Below are positions 1 to 10,450 of a stretch of 64,000 nucleotides of DNA, piece after piece. The notes beneath the pieces are model-generated. The model was not told the origin of the DNA. It did not search any database and was given only the letters and a program-made list of their open reading frames with translations. The DNA is from a phage: the NCBI GenBank assembly GCA_028909515.1, contig GCA_028909515.1_4811.1, one strand, 5' to 3'. A program made the position numbers and the translations under genes. Position 1 is the first letter of the stretch. Every line of letters starts with the position of its first letter.

Positions 1-1332
1 AGGAGGGTTTTGCGTTCCATAAAAATAAGGCTCAGGTCCATTTGGATTCTGAACAGGGTCGCAGACGCAAATCGAGTACCCAAACAAAAGAGCATCAGAC
101 CCTTCAGGCAATTCACGAGTTTGAGTTGATCCAGCGGCAGTCGCCTTCAACTCTATTGAGAAGCTGGTACTTACTCCAGAAGCAGCGGTTGCCGTCTGCT
201 CTACAATCCAGATTCTATACCAATCGCCGCCGATTGCTTTTATGCCACCACGGCTTGATTCCCTTCTTACTCCATCAAATTTTCCTGTAATGAAGTAGCT
301 CAAAGACGGGTCCAAGTTGAACTGTCCGGTGACAGGGTCAAACAGCTTTCCATTACTCGATGCATCACTATTCTCTGTAACAGAAACAGAAGCGACGTTT
401 TCAGAAAGCACCTTTATGTAGAAGCTATAGCAAACGTTAACGCCAGCCTGCGAAGGAAGGGCAATTGACTGTGCGCTTGGATTATTAGCCAAAGAATACA
501 CAGGCTCACCGCTTGAAGCCGTCTTGACGACCCTTACTGCGTTGGCAAAATTCTCTATTGCCTCACCTGGGTAATCGCCACACAACTGTCCATAGTAATC
601 AGGGCCGCCGTACTGTCTGGTGTCGCCGCCGACAAGGCCTGTGCCGGAACCATTCCCCCATGAGTACCAGTCTGGATGCGCCATCCGTGACACGGTGCCT
701 GATACTCCGCTGATGGTCAGCCCGGCGTTGTTGCCATGGCTTAAAAGTATCTGCTTATAATCGTGCTGAATCTCAGTTGACCCCTGCCAGTCGTACAGAA
801 GGAATGAGCCATTGGTCGATTCAGACGAAGACACCGCGCCTTGAGTGTTGTCTGTCACATATGCGTAGCGTGATGAAGAGTAATCCCAAGCTTCTCCACG
901 GTTGAAAATCCACTTAAGCATGCGGTTGATACTTTCGATGCGGCCATCACTTGTGAGCGTCAGATAACGAAGCTTAAGAAGTATGCGCGCTTCTTCGATA
1001 TTCTTTACAACCTTACCGCCAGCACCAAAGAAGTTGCCGCCGATGTTGTCAGCGCCTTCAAAGTTGTCGCGCGTCGGTCCGAACGCCCAGTTGTGTTCAT
1101 AATTGCTTAAGTCCACAAAGTCTCTTGGTATGCAAAGAATGTCGCACCAAATATAAATGCCCATTGCATCACAAGTGTCAATGTTGAAAATGTTGTTGTA
1201 CCAGTCAGTCCAAAACTGATCTTGGTATCTTTCATACCAGTCACTTTTCTTTTGCACCAAAGACGTGATGTTTGGTGCATTGTTCTGCATCCACTTAAGG
1301 TTTTGCAACAGGTTTGTGTCAAACTTTTGCAT
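1..1332 (-). CDS. Structural protein, probable tail fiber or distal baseplate component; only the N-terminal 444 codons are in the window
   Basis: ATG at 1332-1330 preceded by GAGGAA, 4 nt after the stop of the upstream gene. Frame translated by hand stays open to position 1. Gly-rich stretch GNGSGTGLVGG. Product is a guess from position after the baseplate genes. Confidence 0.5.
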   Translation of the reverse strand, partial: MQKFDTNLLQNLKWMQNNAPNITSLVQKKSDWYERYQDQFWTDWYNNIFNIDTCDAMGIYIWCDILCIPRDFVDLSNYEHNWAFGPTRDNFEGADNIGGNFFGAGGKVVKNIEEARILLKLRYLTLTSDGRIESINRMLKWIFNRGEAWDYSSSRYAYVTDNTQGAVSSSESTNGSFLLYDWQGSTEIQHDYKQILLSHGNNAGLTISGVSGTVSRMAHPDWYSWGNGSGTGLVGGDTRQYGGPDYYGQLCGDYPGEAIENFANAVRVVKTASSGEPVYSLANNPSAQSIALPSQAGVNVCYSFYIKVLSENVASVSVTENSDASSNGKLFDPVTGQFNLDPSLSYFITGKFDGVRRESSRGGIKAIGGDWYRIWIVEQTATAASGVSTSFSIELKATAAGSTQTRELPEGSDALLFGYSICVCDPVQNPNGPEPYFYGTQNPP

Positions 1333-1338
1333 AGTTCC

Positions 1339-2610
1339 TCACACAAATTTAACGTTGATAAAGCCGCGCATAGTATTCGCCTTATCCCAAGGATTGGCAA
1401 TCCACTCGCTGCCGTAATCGGATGGATAATTTGGCGCTGCCTGTCCGCTTTTCACTGCTGCAATCTTGCAATCTTTAATATACAAGCCTGGATACTCGCA
1501 AGACACTGCTGAAGCAATTTCAAAAGAAGATTGAGATTGACCTACTGTATATCCTTGCTCACCGTTAAAATTGCCATTGCCGTAATTCAAAACAGCAGCA
1601 ATAATAGATTCAGCGTCGGCGGTCGCGGTGCCTCTTGAAACAGTAATGTCGACATACAAGTCATATATTACTGCAGTGTTGAACTTAACAAAATAAGACA
1701 GTTGTGATTCTTCGTCGACAACTTCTATTCCATCAGGCGAGTTGACTGGATTGCCCTGATTGGTCGCGCCAAAGTCCCACGGCTGGCCGCCCATCTTCGC
1801 TTTGAAAATAGTCTCAGCAAAAACTTGCTTATCGAACGTTCCGCTTGCGCACACCCACACACCGTTAGGCGTTGAAAAGGTGATACCGCGTACCGTTCCA
1901 GGTAATCCCGTGTCGTTCTCCACGACCATCACCGATTCCACGCCGTCGACCGACATGGCACGGGCGCGAATGGCACCAAGCGATGCAATGCCCTGTTGGT
2001 AAAGACGCTTAACGCGAGCGGCCTTTAACGCTCCGTCTCCCATGTATTGCGTGCCTGGTACAGTCGTCGTTGCTGATGTTGAATACGTTCTTGACCATCC
2101 GATGACGTCATAGCCTTGCACCACGGTAAACTCTTCATCAGGCGCAACAGTAAATGAGCCATACTCTTTTGATGCAAGAGTCATGTTGCTTGTCTTGCCA
2201 GTCGAAGTGATTTGAACGTCTTCTAGAACATACCAGTATGTACCGTTTGAATCCGTCAGTAAACTTCCAGCAGGAATATCCAACAGCGGCGTTCCTTCTG
2301 CTGTAATTCCTTTCAGCATCGTGCTGATGTTTTTAGTTCGCTCAATCCCAAGCAATGCCGCGATGGCATCAAGGTATACGCCATACGAATAATTTGGGTT
2401 GATGAGACTTCCCAGCTCGGCGTTGTTCTTCATGACTGAAGTTCTTGCCAAAGTCTCTGTCGCGATTAAGGTGCCTTGCGGTGTCGAGGCATCAACGTCA
2501 AGCCCGACCCCTAGTGACTCAATCCATTCACTTTGAACGTCAGCCAGCAAATCGGCTGTGTCGATGGTTATTACACCAGTGCTTACTATGTAAGAATATT
2601 GTGCACTCAT
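1339..2610 (-). CDS. Baseplate wedge protein (gpJ-like)
   Basis: 423 aa ORF. Called from size and position downstream of the spike-like protein; no motif confirmed. Confidence 0.4.
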   Translation of the reverse strand: MSAQYSYIVSTGVITIDTADLLADVQSEWIESLGVGLDVDASTPQGTLIATETLARTSVMKNNAELGSLINPNYSYGVYLDAIAALLGIERTKNISTMLKGITAEGTPLLDIPAGSLLTDSNGTYWYVLEDVQITSTGKTSNMTLASKEYGSFTVAPDEEFTVVQGYDVIGWSRTYSTSATTTVPGTQYMGDGALKAARVKRLYQQGIASLGAIRARAMSVDGVESVMVVENDTGLPGTVRGITFSTPNGVWVCASGTFDKQVFAETIFKAKMGGQPWDFGATNQGNPVNSPDGIEVVDEESQLSYFVKFNTAVIYDLYVDITVSRGTATADAESIIAAVLNYGNGNFNGEQGYTVGQSQSSFEIASAVSCEYPGLYIKDCKIAAVKSGQAAPNYPSDYGSEWIANPWDKANTMRGFINVKFV

Positions 2611-3359
2611 TCTATCATATCCCCAGTTCTGTTTCCAGGTCCGTTACCTATGTGACCGTGAGTGGATACATTTGTGCCGCCGATTGTTGTGCCAGTCGGA
2701 AGCGTTGCCGTCGTTCCTTCTTTCCCTTCTATACCACCATTGAATGTCGCCTTTCCATTCACTATCAATTGTTGGTCGATAGTGGTAATTGGTGTTTTCA
2801 CGTTTACCCCAGCTGATGCGGTTATGTTTATCGAGTCATCACTTAATGCGATTCGGACAGCGCCGCTGAGTGACTGGATTACCATTGAGCCTGCATCCTC
2901 TCCGCTTATGGTGTATTTTCGGAATACATCCGGTATGAACAGTCCATCAGCGAAAGTTTTCACGCGACCATTGGTAGGCGCGGTCGGCTTCAATTCTTCA
3001 AGGAATGTCGACAACTCGCGGTCGCCAGCGAATATCCAGCCCAAATCACCTTCTTTCAAAGGAAAGTTGACTACGAAGCCGCCGCCGCCGATTGCCAATA
3101 CAGGAATTGACACCAAAGGTTGACGCTCCACTGGTTTATCATCAAGACTTACGAAATGAATAACAGGCTTTATGACTGCTAAATTCTGTTTGCGGTCATA
3201 AGATATTACTTGTGCAGGAATCATGCCGTCAGTGGTATACTTGCCACGGTCCAGCATTCCCTGCAGCGCGGCAAACATACTTGATTTGTCAGTTTGGTTG
3301 GGACTTGTAAGTTGGGTTAACTTTTCTGCCATCATAGACTCCTTATATCTGATCAACAA
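2607..3359 (-). CDS. Baseplate spike or hub protein (gpV/gp138-like)
   Basis: 250 aa ORF overlapping the next gene by 4 nt. Gly-rich core GGGGFVVNF. Assignment from position only. Confidence 0.35.
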   Translation of the reverse strand: MLIRYKESMMAEKLTQLTSPNQTDKSSMFAALQGMLDRGKYTTDGMIPAQVISYDRKQNLAVIKPVIHFVSLDDKPVERQPLVSIPVLAIGGGGFVVNFPLKEGDLGWIFAGDRELSTFLEELKPTAPTNGRVKTFADGLFIPDVFRKYTISGEDAGSMVIQSLSGAVRIALSDDSINITASAGVNVKTPITTIDQQLIVNGKATFNGGIEGKEGTTATLPTGTTIGGTNVSTHGHIGNGPGNRTGDMIE

Positions 3360-3391
3360 TTATAATCTATAAGGAGTCTATAAGCAATATT

Positions 3392-3913
3392 TTAGCGATT
3401 TGACTTTGATTCTTTAATGGCAGCTTCGTTTGAGTAGGCTTCATTAAGTGATTTTGCTATTAGTCCATCAAACATAGCGAATGCATCACGCAATGAATAA
3501 TATTCTTCCAATTCTTTTAACGAAGCAAGACCATTGTTTATTAGGCTTGCGACCATCGGCTCAAGATAATTAGGCTCTACGGTCGGGACGTCGGCCAAGA
3601 ATCTATTTGGAATCTTAGTACCTTTCCAATCACTGAGGAATCCAAAATTGTGCTTCTTCACCGCTTCCATTAGAACTTTCAATACAAGGTTTGGCGGCAA
3701 GTGATTTGGCACACTTTTCACTTCTTCACTGATGGCCTTCTCAGAGTTTAATCTGACTTTAGTTCCGTCATATTTAATAACATGGCATTCACTTAATAAT
3801 TCAAGTGGAGTTAATATGCTTATCGCATCAACCATTTCAAACGCGTCTATTGCGCTGAATTGATGTATTTCATAAGTAACTCCAAAAAGCTCAATTACTT
3901 TATTCTTTCTCAT
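3392..3913 (-). CDS. Tail/baseplate module protein
   Basis: 173 aa ORF in the co-oriented tail gene array. Confidence 0.4.
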   Translation of the reverse strand: MRKNKVIELFGVTYEIHQFSAIDAFEMVDAISILTPLELLSECHVIKYDGTKVRLNSEKAISEEVKSVPNHLPPNLVLKVLMEAVKKHNFGFLSDWKGTKIPNRFLADVPTVEPNYLEPMVASLINNGLASLKELEEYYSLRDAFAMFDGLIAKSLNEAYSNEAAIKESKSNR

Positions 3914-3915
3914 AT

Positions 3916-4788
3916 TTAGGCCGATGGTGCAACGCCGCCCGTCACCGTAAATATGTCATCACGACTTGCTAAATCATATTCAAGTTGCATGATGACAAAT
4001 GTAGTGTCGTTCAAGCTTGGGTTTAAGACTGATTTGAATTTCACACCTTGGGCAAGCTTCAAATCCGCGTTATACATGCAAGTGAAGTCAGCGCCCCACT
4101 CGTTCCACATCGGTATTCCGACAAATTCCTCAATCACCGTTATCTGTTCTGGATTCAGAATTTTGTCTTTATCCTTGACGATGAGCGTATCATCATCGAT
4201 ATATGCCGCAATAGAGTTCCTTTGATAGTTTTGAATCTCAAGCAGCAAGGCAGCTGCAACATATGTTGTTCGGCCTGGGTTCACAAGACGTTGATTGTTA
4301 ATCGACGTATCGCATATAACAGTATCAATATCCATTTGCTTTGCTGACCACTCCACAAACTCTTTGAAGGTTGGGTTTGACGGTGCAGCTTGAGTGATAA
4401 ACTTAGTCCTGTTTATCTGGTTGGTGTAGCAAGTGATGCGTATGACGATGTTCGGCGGCGGCGCTGTTATCTCGACAGTCGTCACCTGTCCCTTGTATAC
4501 CAAGTTGCTGCTGATTACGTTCCCCTCTCTGTACCCAGCTTCAATAGTCACGTTGACATAGTTCGCCGCCAACTGGCCTTGATCACGCAGACGTTTGTTG
4601 AATGCCGTGAAGTTGGAAAGCAGGTACTCTCTCAAGTACCCTGTCAATCCTGCAACTTCGATTGTGGCCTTATTCTGCACGGAAAGTGCTGCCTTTTTGA
4701 TTCGGCATCTGAGCATCAATCCTTCATCAAGCACTTGGCTTGTGCCATCCGGCATAGATAAGGTGACTTTAAGTATTCTCTTTTTCAA
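3916..4788 (-). CDS. Tail/baseplate hub-like protein
   Basis: 290 aa ORF immediately downstream of the tape measure gene. Confidence 0.4.
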   Translation of the reverse strand: MKKRILKVTLSMPDGTSQVLDEGLMLRCRIKKAALSVQNKATIEVAGLTGYLREYLLSNFTAFNKRLRDQGQLAANYVNVTIEAGYREGNVISSNLVYKGQVTTVEITAPPPNIVIRITCYTNQINRTKFITQAAPSNPTFKEFVEWSAKQMDIDTVICDTSINNQRLVNPGRTTYVAAALLLEIQNYQRNSIAAYIDDDTLIVKDKDKILNPEQITVIEEFVGIPMWNEWGADFTCMYNADLKLAQGVKFKSVLNPSLNDTTFVIMQLEYDLASRDDIFTVTGGVAPSA

Positions 4789-4792
4789 ATTA

Positions 4793-6973
4793 TCACCACT
4801 TCAAAGGTGTAGCAGTAAGGTTGTTTATGTCGTTGATATCATCTTGTTCAAGCACTCGTTTCGTTTCGAATGCCGTGCTGCGCGGGTCTTGAGCGCCGTT
4901 GACGTTGATGACAACATTTTTCTGACCCATAGTAATATCACGCCCACCAGGTCGACTATTCGCGGAAAGGTCGCCGCCGTATTTCTGGAATGCTTCAAGT
5001 TGGAATGCAGCAAGACGAGCGTTTTTCATCGCTTCGGCTTGAATGTTTGGTCTTACACCTGGAGTTGAAGCAAGCTGCATGTTTTTAATATAATCCCTTT
5101 GCGTTCCAAGTTTAAGGTAAGTTTGAGCAAAGTCAATATCACCTTTGTTAACTTGCCCCTGCATTAACTGCTCAACAGGCACGTTCAGGTATCCTGCAAT
5201 GGCTTCTTGCAACTGCCTGTATTGCACAGTTTGGCGCGATTGGCCTTGTACTGGTGCATAGCTGCCCTTTGGCGCTTCCGCTCCGCTACCGCTAAGGACT
5301 GGCGTTACTGGTGCACCTTGCGGCGCTGCCGTGGCATACTCACCATTGGATTGTCGGTCGAGAGCGGCCATGACCTTTCCAGGATACGCGCGTGTGTTCT
5401 TGCCCCAGCCGCTGCGGTCGTAGCCACCGTGATACATCGTCAGCGCAAGATTCCAATCGCCGTTGGCAGCGTTTAAATACTCTTTCAAAAGTTGAGCGCC
5501 GCCCATAATGTTTTGTCGGGGGTCACTGCCATCTGTTATTCCAAGACCCTTGAAGTTGGAAGGCATGATTTGCATCAAGCCAGTCGCGCCTGCTCCGCTC
5601 ACAGCATTTGGATTGAATCCAGATTCAACTTCAGTCACAGCTTTCATCATCGCTACAGGTATTCCATAGCGTTTTGAAGCTTCCTCATATATCGAGTCAT
5701 ATGCTGTCGGGTTGCCTGATCCAAGATTATTCCCTACGGTCGCGCCAGTATTCAATGCTGGTGTTCCAGGCATCGCGGATTGACCTGCACTTCGCCCTAT
5801 CTCACCAGCCCATGCAGCCCACGCTTGTCGCTCATCAATGACGCCAGCAAAAGTTGAAACAGCACTTGAAAACAGGTTGATGTCGCGAGTGAAAAGCGCC
5901 TGTGCAGAACGTTGTTCAGCTGCGTTCTGCTCTTGATTCCTCTGGCGTTTAATATCGCCATCAGCCATTTGTGTGATCCATCGGTCAACAGCTCTTTCGT
6001 GACGTTCATTTACAGCGGCCTGCTTGTCGAACGGATGTTTCAAGTCAGAGATGAAGTTGTCGACAAATTCGCTCCATCCGTCAGACATTCTTTGGAACAT
6101 CATTTGGAATCCTTCGACTGTATCAGCAGTTTTGCTGACAAGAGTCGAGAATGCAGGCATGACATTTTCACCAATTACCAGCTCAATACGCCGCCAATCT
6201 TCTTGAATTTGCCCCATACTATTTCGTATAGTCTCAAGAGCAGCTTGTTGGCGCTGCAGCTTTGCCGTTTCCTCATCGCTTATGCGCGTGCTTTCTTTTA
6301 CAGACTGGTTGCGCTCGCGAAGGGCGCGGACTTCATCAGCCGTGAATCCTGCCAATGCACCAATAGCACGAGCGGTCTGCTCATTAACGCTTCTCAGCTT
6401 TGTTCCAATTTCATCAAGCAGCTGGTTTGTGTCTTTTATGCCGCCGTTACTGTTGAAAGGACTTGTGCCCATCTTGTTAAGCAATAAGTTGTCCTTGTTC
6501 ATTACATCAGGGTTGGTGTATGCATTGAACGCCAAATTAGAAGCTTTACTGATTAAATCACGCGACCCCTGTGCGCCAAGGATTCCACCTGAACTTTCAT
6601 TCAACTGTCGTTGTAATTGTTCGACACCCATTGGAGAGAGTCCGGCTTCAAAGCCAAGCTTTCTTTGCGCTTCGTATTCTTTTCGAACATCAACGATGGA
6701 TTTGACAACGACGGCCAATCCTGCGACAACAGGAACGAGCGCGGCAAAGCGATATGTCAGCCGCGCAAGCATTCCGTCAATTGACCCTAGCTCACCAGTA
6801 AGGGGCTTTAGCTCGCCAAAAATATCTTTGAATGCTCCAGAGAAATCTTTGCCAGCTGATTTTGCCTTTTTGTTTGTCTGATCAACTTTATCTTGCAATT
6901 GCTCAAGACGATTGATGGACTCTTTCAAGTCCACCGTATATTGAAGTACAAATTTTTCTAATGAGTCAGACAC
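4793..6973 (-). CDS. Tail tape measure protein with lytic transglycosylase (SLT) domain
   Basis: 726 aa. Coiled-coil-like N-terminal half. SLT family motifs read directly: TEVESGFNPNAVSGAGATGLMQIMP and TMYHGG. Confidence 0.65.
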   Translation of the reverse strand: MSDSLEKFVLQYTVDLKESINRLEQLQDKVDQTNKKAKSAGKDFSGAFKDIFGELKPLTGELGSIDGMLARLTYRFAALVPVVAGLAVVVKSIVDVRKEYEAQRKLGFEAGLSPMGVEQLQRQLNESSGGILGAQGSRDLISKASNLAFNAYTNPDVMNKDNLLLNKMGTSPFNSNGGIKDTNQLLDEIGTKLRSVNEQTARAIGALAGFTADEVRALRERNQSVKESTRISDEETAKLQRQQAALETIRNSMGQIQEDWRRIELVIGENVMPAFSTLVSKTADTVEGFQMMFQRMSDGWSEFVDNFISDLKHPFDKQAAVNERHERAVDRWITQMADGDIKRQRNQEQNAAEQRSAQALFTRDINLFSSAVSTFAGVIDERQAWAAWAGEIGRSAGQSAMPGTPALNTGATVGNNLGSGNPTAYDSIYEEASKRYGIPVAMMKAVTEVESGFNPNAVSGAGATGLMQIMPSNFKGLGITDGSDPRQNIMGGAQLLKEYLNAANGDWNLALTMYHGGYDRSGWGKNTRAYPGKVMAALDRQSNGEYATAAPQGAPVTPVLSGSGAEAPKGSYAPVQGQSRQTVQYRQLQEAIAGYLNVPVEQLMQGQVNKGDIDFAQTYLKLGTQRDYIKNMQLASTPGVRPNIQAEAMKNARLAAFQLEAFQKYGGDLSANSRPGGRDITMGQKNVVINVNGAQDPRSTAFETKRVLEQDDINDINNLTATPLKW

Positions 6974-6976
6974 AGT

Positions 6977-7393
6977 TTACCCCTTATTTGGAGTCTCGCC
7001 GCTGAGGAATGGCGCGATTAATCGCATCGATTCGCCGATGAATGCTGCAGCCATTTCGCCGCCAGCCTGTTCCCAGTAGCCTTCACGCTCGGCGTGGGTG
7101 TCTGGGTTTATACCGTTCTCCATGAGAACTGCTTCAAATACTTCTTTAAGGTTTTCCCAGTCACCAAGATGGTTGTCAATTAGTGCACCAGTGCTTAATG
7201 GGATTTCTTGCCCCACGTCAAGCTCGACTTTTGCAAAGCTCAACACTTCCATCGTATACTCTGAACGAAAAGCAGGGTCTTTCGACATTGCAAATTCTAC
7301 GAATCGACGCTGAATATTCCAGCCTTCCATCGCAGTCATTTTGTTGATTTTAATTTCTACTGTACGACCAGTTTGTTTGTTGGTGATCTTCAT
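6977..7393 (-). CDS. Tail assembly chaperone-like protein
   Basis: 138 aa acidic ORF directly upstream of the tape measure gene. Confidence 0.35.
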   Translation of the reverse strand: MKITNKQTGRTVEIKINKMTAMEGWNIQRRFVEFAMSKDPAFRSEYTMEVLSFAKVELDVGQEIPLSTGALIDNHLGDWENLKEVFEAVLMENGINPDTHAEREGYWEQAGGEMAAAFIGESMRLIAPFLSGETPNKG

Positions 7394-7394
7394 T

Positions 7395-7955
7395 CTATAT
7401 TCCTACTGTTGATTTTATTTTATTATATAACGAACTCACAGTTGTAGTCAAACTGACTGGTTCTTTAATAGCAACACCATTTGATGATTCGTCTGCGGAT
7501 TGTTTAGGGTCGAAGCTTCCTTGAATGCTAAATGACGTTTGCTCGAAAGTTATTACTATTGAGACGCCATTCAAGTTTTCTTCTGACTGGGTTATTTCAA
7601 CGTCAGACATCGACATTTTACTGGCAATGATGCTTCGGGAAGTTATTGAAAATGTGACTTCGTCATCATCAAATGCATTTATGATATTTTCAATTGTAGA
7701 CTGATCATTGCAAATTACGTTTAACGCCATATGGGCTGGCATTACAACCTTTGCCGCCTGTAAATTGCTTACTGATGATGTGCTTGACACTTCGACGACC
7801 TGCATTGCTGTACCAGCAAGAGGGAATTGAGTTGTTTCTGCGGGGGATGTTATTTCTGCAGAAACAGGTGAAAGCCTTGTCCAGACAGGAAGACCTGTTG
7901 ACTCATTCGTTATGGTCAAAGATTGACCAGAAAGCAGAATCGAAACGAAGTCCAT
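7395..7955 (-). CDS. Tail module protein
   Basis: 186 aa ORF, tightly packed in the tail array. Confidence 0.35.
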   Translation of the reverse strand: MDFVSILLSGQSLTITNESTGLPVWTRLSPVSAEITSPAETTQFPLAGTAMQVVEVSSTSSVSNLQAAKVVMPAHMALNVICNDQSTIENIINAFDDDEVTFSITSRSIIASKMSMSDVEITQSEENLNGVSIVITFEQTSFSIQGSFDPKQSADESSNGVAIKEPVSLTTTVSSLYNKIKSTVGI

Positions 7956-8488
7956 CAGAACATCCCCTTGATACCATTCATCACCTTTGTAGCAACGCCA
8001 GTGACGCTGGCAGAAGTTTCTTTTATGTATGCAATGCCGCGCTCTATTACTGTTGAGTCGCCTGCCTGCGCTGTTTGAATAGACACATCCTGCTGTGTTA
8101 ATATCTCATGGAATACCAATTGTATGGGTTGCGACGTTATATTGTCAGCGTCCTGGCTGAAGTTGTTATTTTGCAGCACCATACGTTCGAATATTAAACC
8201 ACGGGAATTAATTGTGTATATAGTCGACCTGTTTTGCAACATCTTAGCTATTGCATCTGATGCGCTTTTTGTTTGTGCTATCACGGTGACAGTCAGTATT
8301 CGCGGCATCTTTACTCTGCCATCGACAATATAGCTGCCATCTTCCCTTTGGTTTTTGAATATCTTTGCTTGGAGTCTTATTTTGACGTTGACTATTGCCC
8401 ATCCAAGCGTGGATACTTCTCCAAGGTTGAAGCTCTTTATCGTGAAGCTTCTGTTTGATAAACTATATGACAATAAATCGATAGCCAT
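7955..8488 (-). CDS. Tail module protein
   Basis: 177 aa ORF, start overlaps the upstream stop. Confidence 0.35.
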   Translation of the reverse strand: MAIDLLSYSLSNRSFTIKSFNLGEVSTLGWAIVNVKIRLQAKIFKNQREDGSYIVDGRVKMPRILTVTVIAQTKSASDAIAKMLQNRSTIYTINSRGLIFERMVLQNNNFSQDADNITSQPIQLVFHEILTQQDVSIQTAQAGDSTVIERGIAYIKETSASVTGVATKVMNGIKGMF

Positions 8489-8985
8489 TAAATGGACCCC
8501 AATATGCTCTGCACCACGCCTTTTGCAATTTGAGACGTGCTCTGTGCGCCGCCGTAGCTGGCAAACACAAATGTGTATCGGTTTGTCTTGCGACGGCCTG
8601 ATTGCTCTATGGAGTCACCAAGCGGACCGCTGATTATTGTTCCGTTCGAGAATGCCACCCTTCCACCGTCAGGATATGTGATAAGCATTGATGTCACATC
8701 CTGAATTGGCAACCACTTGAATCCACCTTTACGGGCAGATAATAAAAGCTTAAGATTTATGTCATCTTCAGTGTTTGGAATGACCGCAATGGATACGCGA
8801 ACGACGGCGGCTTTGTCGTATATGCAAATGCCGCCGTCGTAAGTAAGTTGATAGCCTACTGATTCAACTTCCTCAATAATTAGCGAATCCTGGTCATCAG
8901 ACAAAGAACTGATATTCAGCCCAACAGGGAAAGATTGAAGAGCGACAATTCTAATGCTTGTGCCAAATCCACTAATATTGACCAT
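8488..8985 (-). CDS. Tail tube-like protein, paralog 2
   Basis: 165 aa. N-terminus MVNISGFGTSIRIVA matches MINVSGFGASIRLVA of the 9936-10403 product, with further shared blocks. Confidence 0.5.
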   Translation of the reverse strand: MVNISGFGTSIRIVALQSFPVGLNISSLSDDQDSLIIEEVESVGYQLTYDGGICIYDKAAVVRVSIAVIPNTEDDINLKLLLSARKGGFKWLPIQDVTSMLITYPDGGRVAFSNGTIISGPLGDSIEQSGRRKTNRYTFVFASYGGAQSTSQIAKGVVQSILGSI

Positions 8986-8987
8986 GT

Positions 8988-9254
8988 TTACTCCGCAGAT
9001 GCAGATTTAACTGCAGCAAGAATTTCATCCTTATAAGAAAGACCCTTGATGTCGATGCCATTTTCTTTGGCATAAGACTTCAATTCTGAAACACTCATGG
9101 AATCAAAATCGAGTTTTTGTTCAGTGGCCTTTTCTTCGACCTGCTCTTTGATTTCTGCAACAGGCTCGACTTTCTTGTTGAACATCTCTGATGCGTCTTC
9201 AAATTTTTCGCCAAATTTCATGACGCCATTTGCAAAATGAATTACTTGTGCCAT
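8988..9254 (-). CDS. Hypothetical tail module protein
   Basis: 88 aa acidic ORF. Confidence 0.4.
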   Translation of the reverse strand: MAQVIHFANGVMKFGEKFEDASEMFNKKVEPVAEIKEQVEEKATEQKLDFDSMSVSELKSYAKENGIDIKGLSYKDEILAAVKSASAE

Positions 9255-9610
9255 TATTGATTACTCACCTTTATACGTTCGCCATAAATAGTCACCACTT
9301 CTGCAGTGAATCCAAGGATACCGTTTTGGATGGTGACAGTCAATGAGTCGATTCCGGCAACGTCTGCTTTCTTCAGAATAGCATCTGCAATCGACTTTCG
9401 CGCACCGTCTTCGTCAACGGGCGACTTGAAAACGGTCCCCAAATAATCGACACCGTTTTCTATATCGTACAAGTCTTCACCAAGTCGCATCTGGTGCGCT
9501 GCCTTGATTACTTGCACCATCGCTTTTTCTCCTGAAAGAATATTTAAGTTTCTTCCATCAGGTAGAAAAAGATCATTATTTTCGTTAACTTCAATTGTTA
9601 GAGTTGTCAA
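9254..9610 (-). CDS. Hypothetical tail module protein
   Basis: 118 aa ORF with overlapping start/stop. Confidence 0.4.
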   Translation of the reverse strand: MTTLTIEVNENNDLFLPDGRNLNILSGEKAMVQVIKAAHQMRLGEDLYDIENGVDYLGTVFKSPVDEDGARKSIADAILKKADVAGIDSLTVTIQNGILGFTAEVVTIYGERIKVSNQ

Positions 9611-9936
9611 ATTGCAAACTCCGCTTCAGCAGTGGCCTGGAATTCAGCCAACTCAGATTCTGACATGTAATATAGATTACAGCCGCCAGAGTTAAAACTT
9701 TCATAATCAGGTACGCTGTCGAAAATGAAATTACCGTACCCAATCATAAGATACTTATAAGGCACCATTGGGATACCACCAAAACAGCGCACCCCTTGAA
9801 TCAAAAGTTCACCGTTGCGGTATACGTCGGCGCACATATGCTCGATAGCGGCAAAAATGTGCAACTGCCAATATGCACCGTCAACGTTAAAGCTGATATT
9901 CTGGTTAGGTACGCTGTCAAGTGGTATTTGATACAT
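9607..9936 (-). CDS. Hypothetical tail module protein
   Basis: 109 aa ORF with overlapping start/stop. Confidence 0.4.
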   Translation of the reverse strand: MYQIPLDSVPNQNISFNVDGAYWQLHIFAAIEHMCADVYRNGELLIQGVRCFGGIPMVPYKYLMIGYGNFIFDSVPDYESFNSGGCNLYYMSESELAEFQATAEAEFAI

Positions 9937-10403
9937 TATAAAATCTCTTGGTTGCTCACGCCAGTTTTGACTACGTTCTCAAACTTGAAGCGATATTGAC
10001 GTGTTTTCACACGACCTTGAGACTGGATGCCAGGAATTACTGAACCAGTTGTCAAGGTGCCTTTATTCAGCGTGATAACCATTCCAGAAGGATAAGTCAG
10101 CACAAGTGTGATCACGTCTTTTGCGGAGTTCTTACGCTTGCCTACGCGGTTTGCAGCCGCGAGAACGTCCAAGTTGACATCACTTTCAGAAGTAGGGATG
10201 ATGTTCACGCCTACTTCAAGCGGGTTTGCACGGTTCCATACTACCAAGTCACCGTTAAGGCCCATTGCGGCCTCAGAGATTTGCAGGTCCGGCGCGTCAA
10301 TCGGATCAGCATCATCTGCAAAATCAGAAAGAGTCACACCATTCGGAAAAGTGTTTGATGCTACCAAACGAATCGAAGCGCCAAAACCGGAAACGTTAAT
10401 CAT
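9936..10403 (-). CDS. Tail tube protein
   Basis: 155 aa ORF directly downstream of the sheath-like gene. Paralog of the 8488-8985 product. Confidence 0.5.
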   Translation of the reverse strand: MINVSGFGASIRLVASNTFPNGVTLSDFADDADPIDAPDLQISEAAMGLNGDLVVWNRANPLEVGVNIIPTSESDVNLDVLAAANRVGKRKNSAKDVITLVLTYPSGMVITLNKGTLTTGSVIPGIQSQGRVKTRQYRFKFENVVKTGVSNQEIL

Positions 10404-10450
10404 TACAGATTCCTCTCAGAGAGATGGCCGCCAGTTACGGCGGCAATTAT

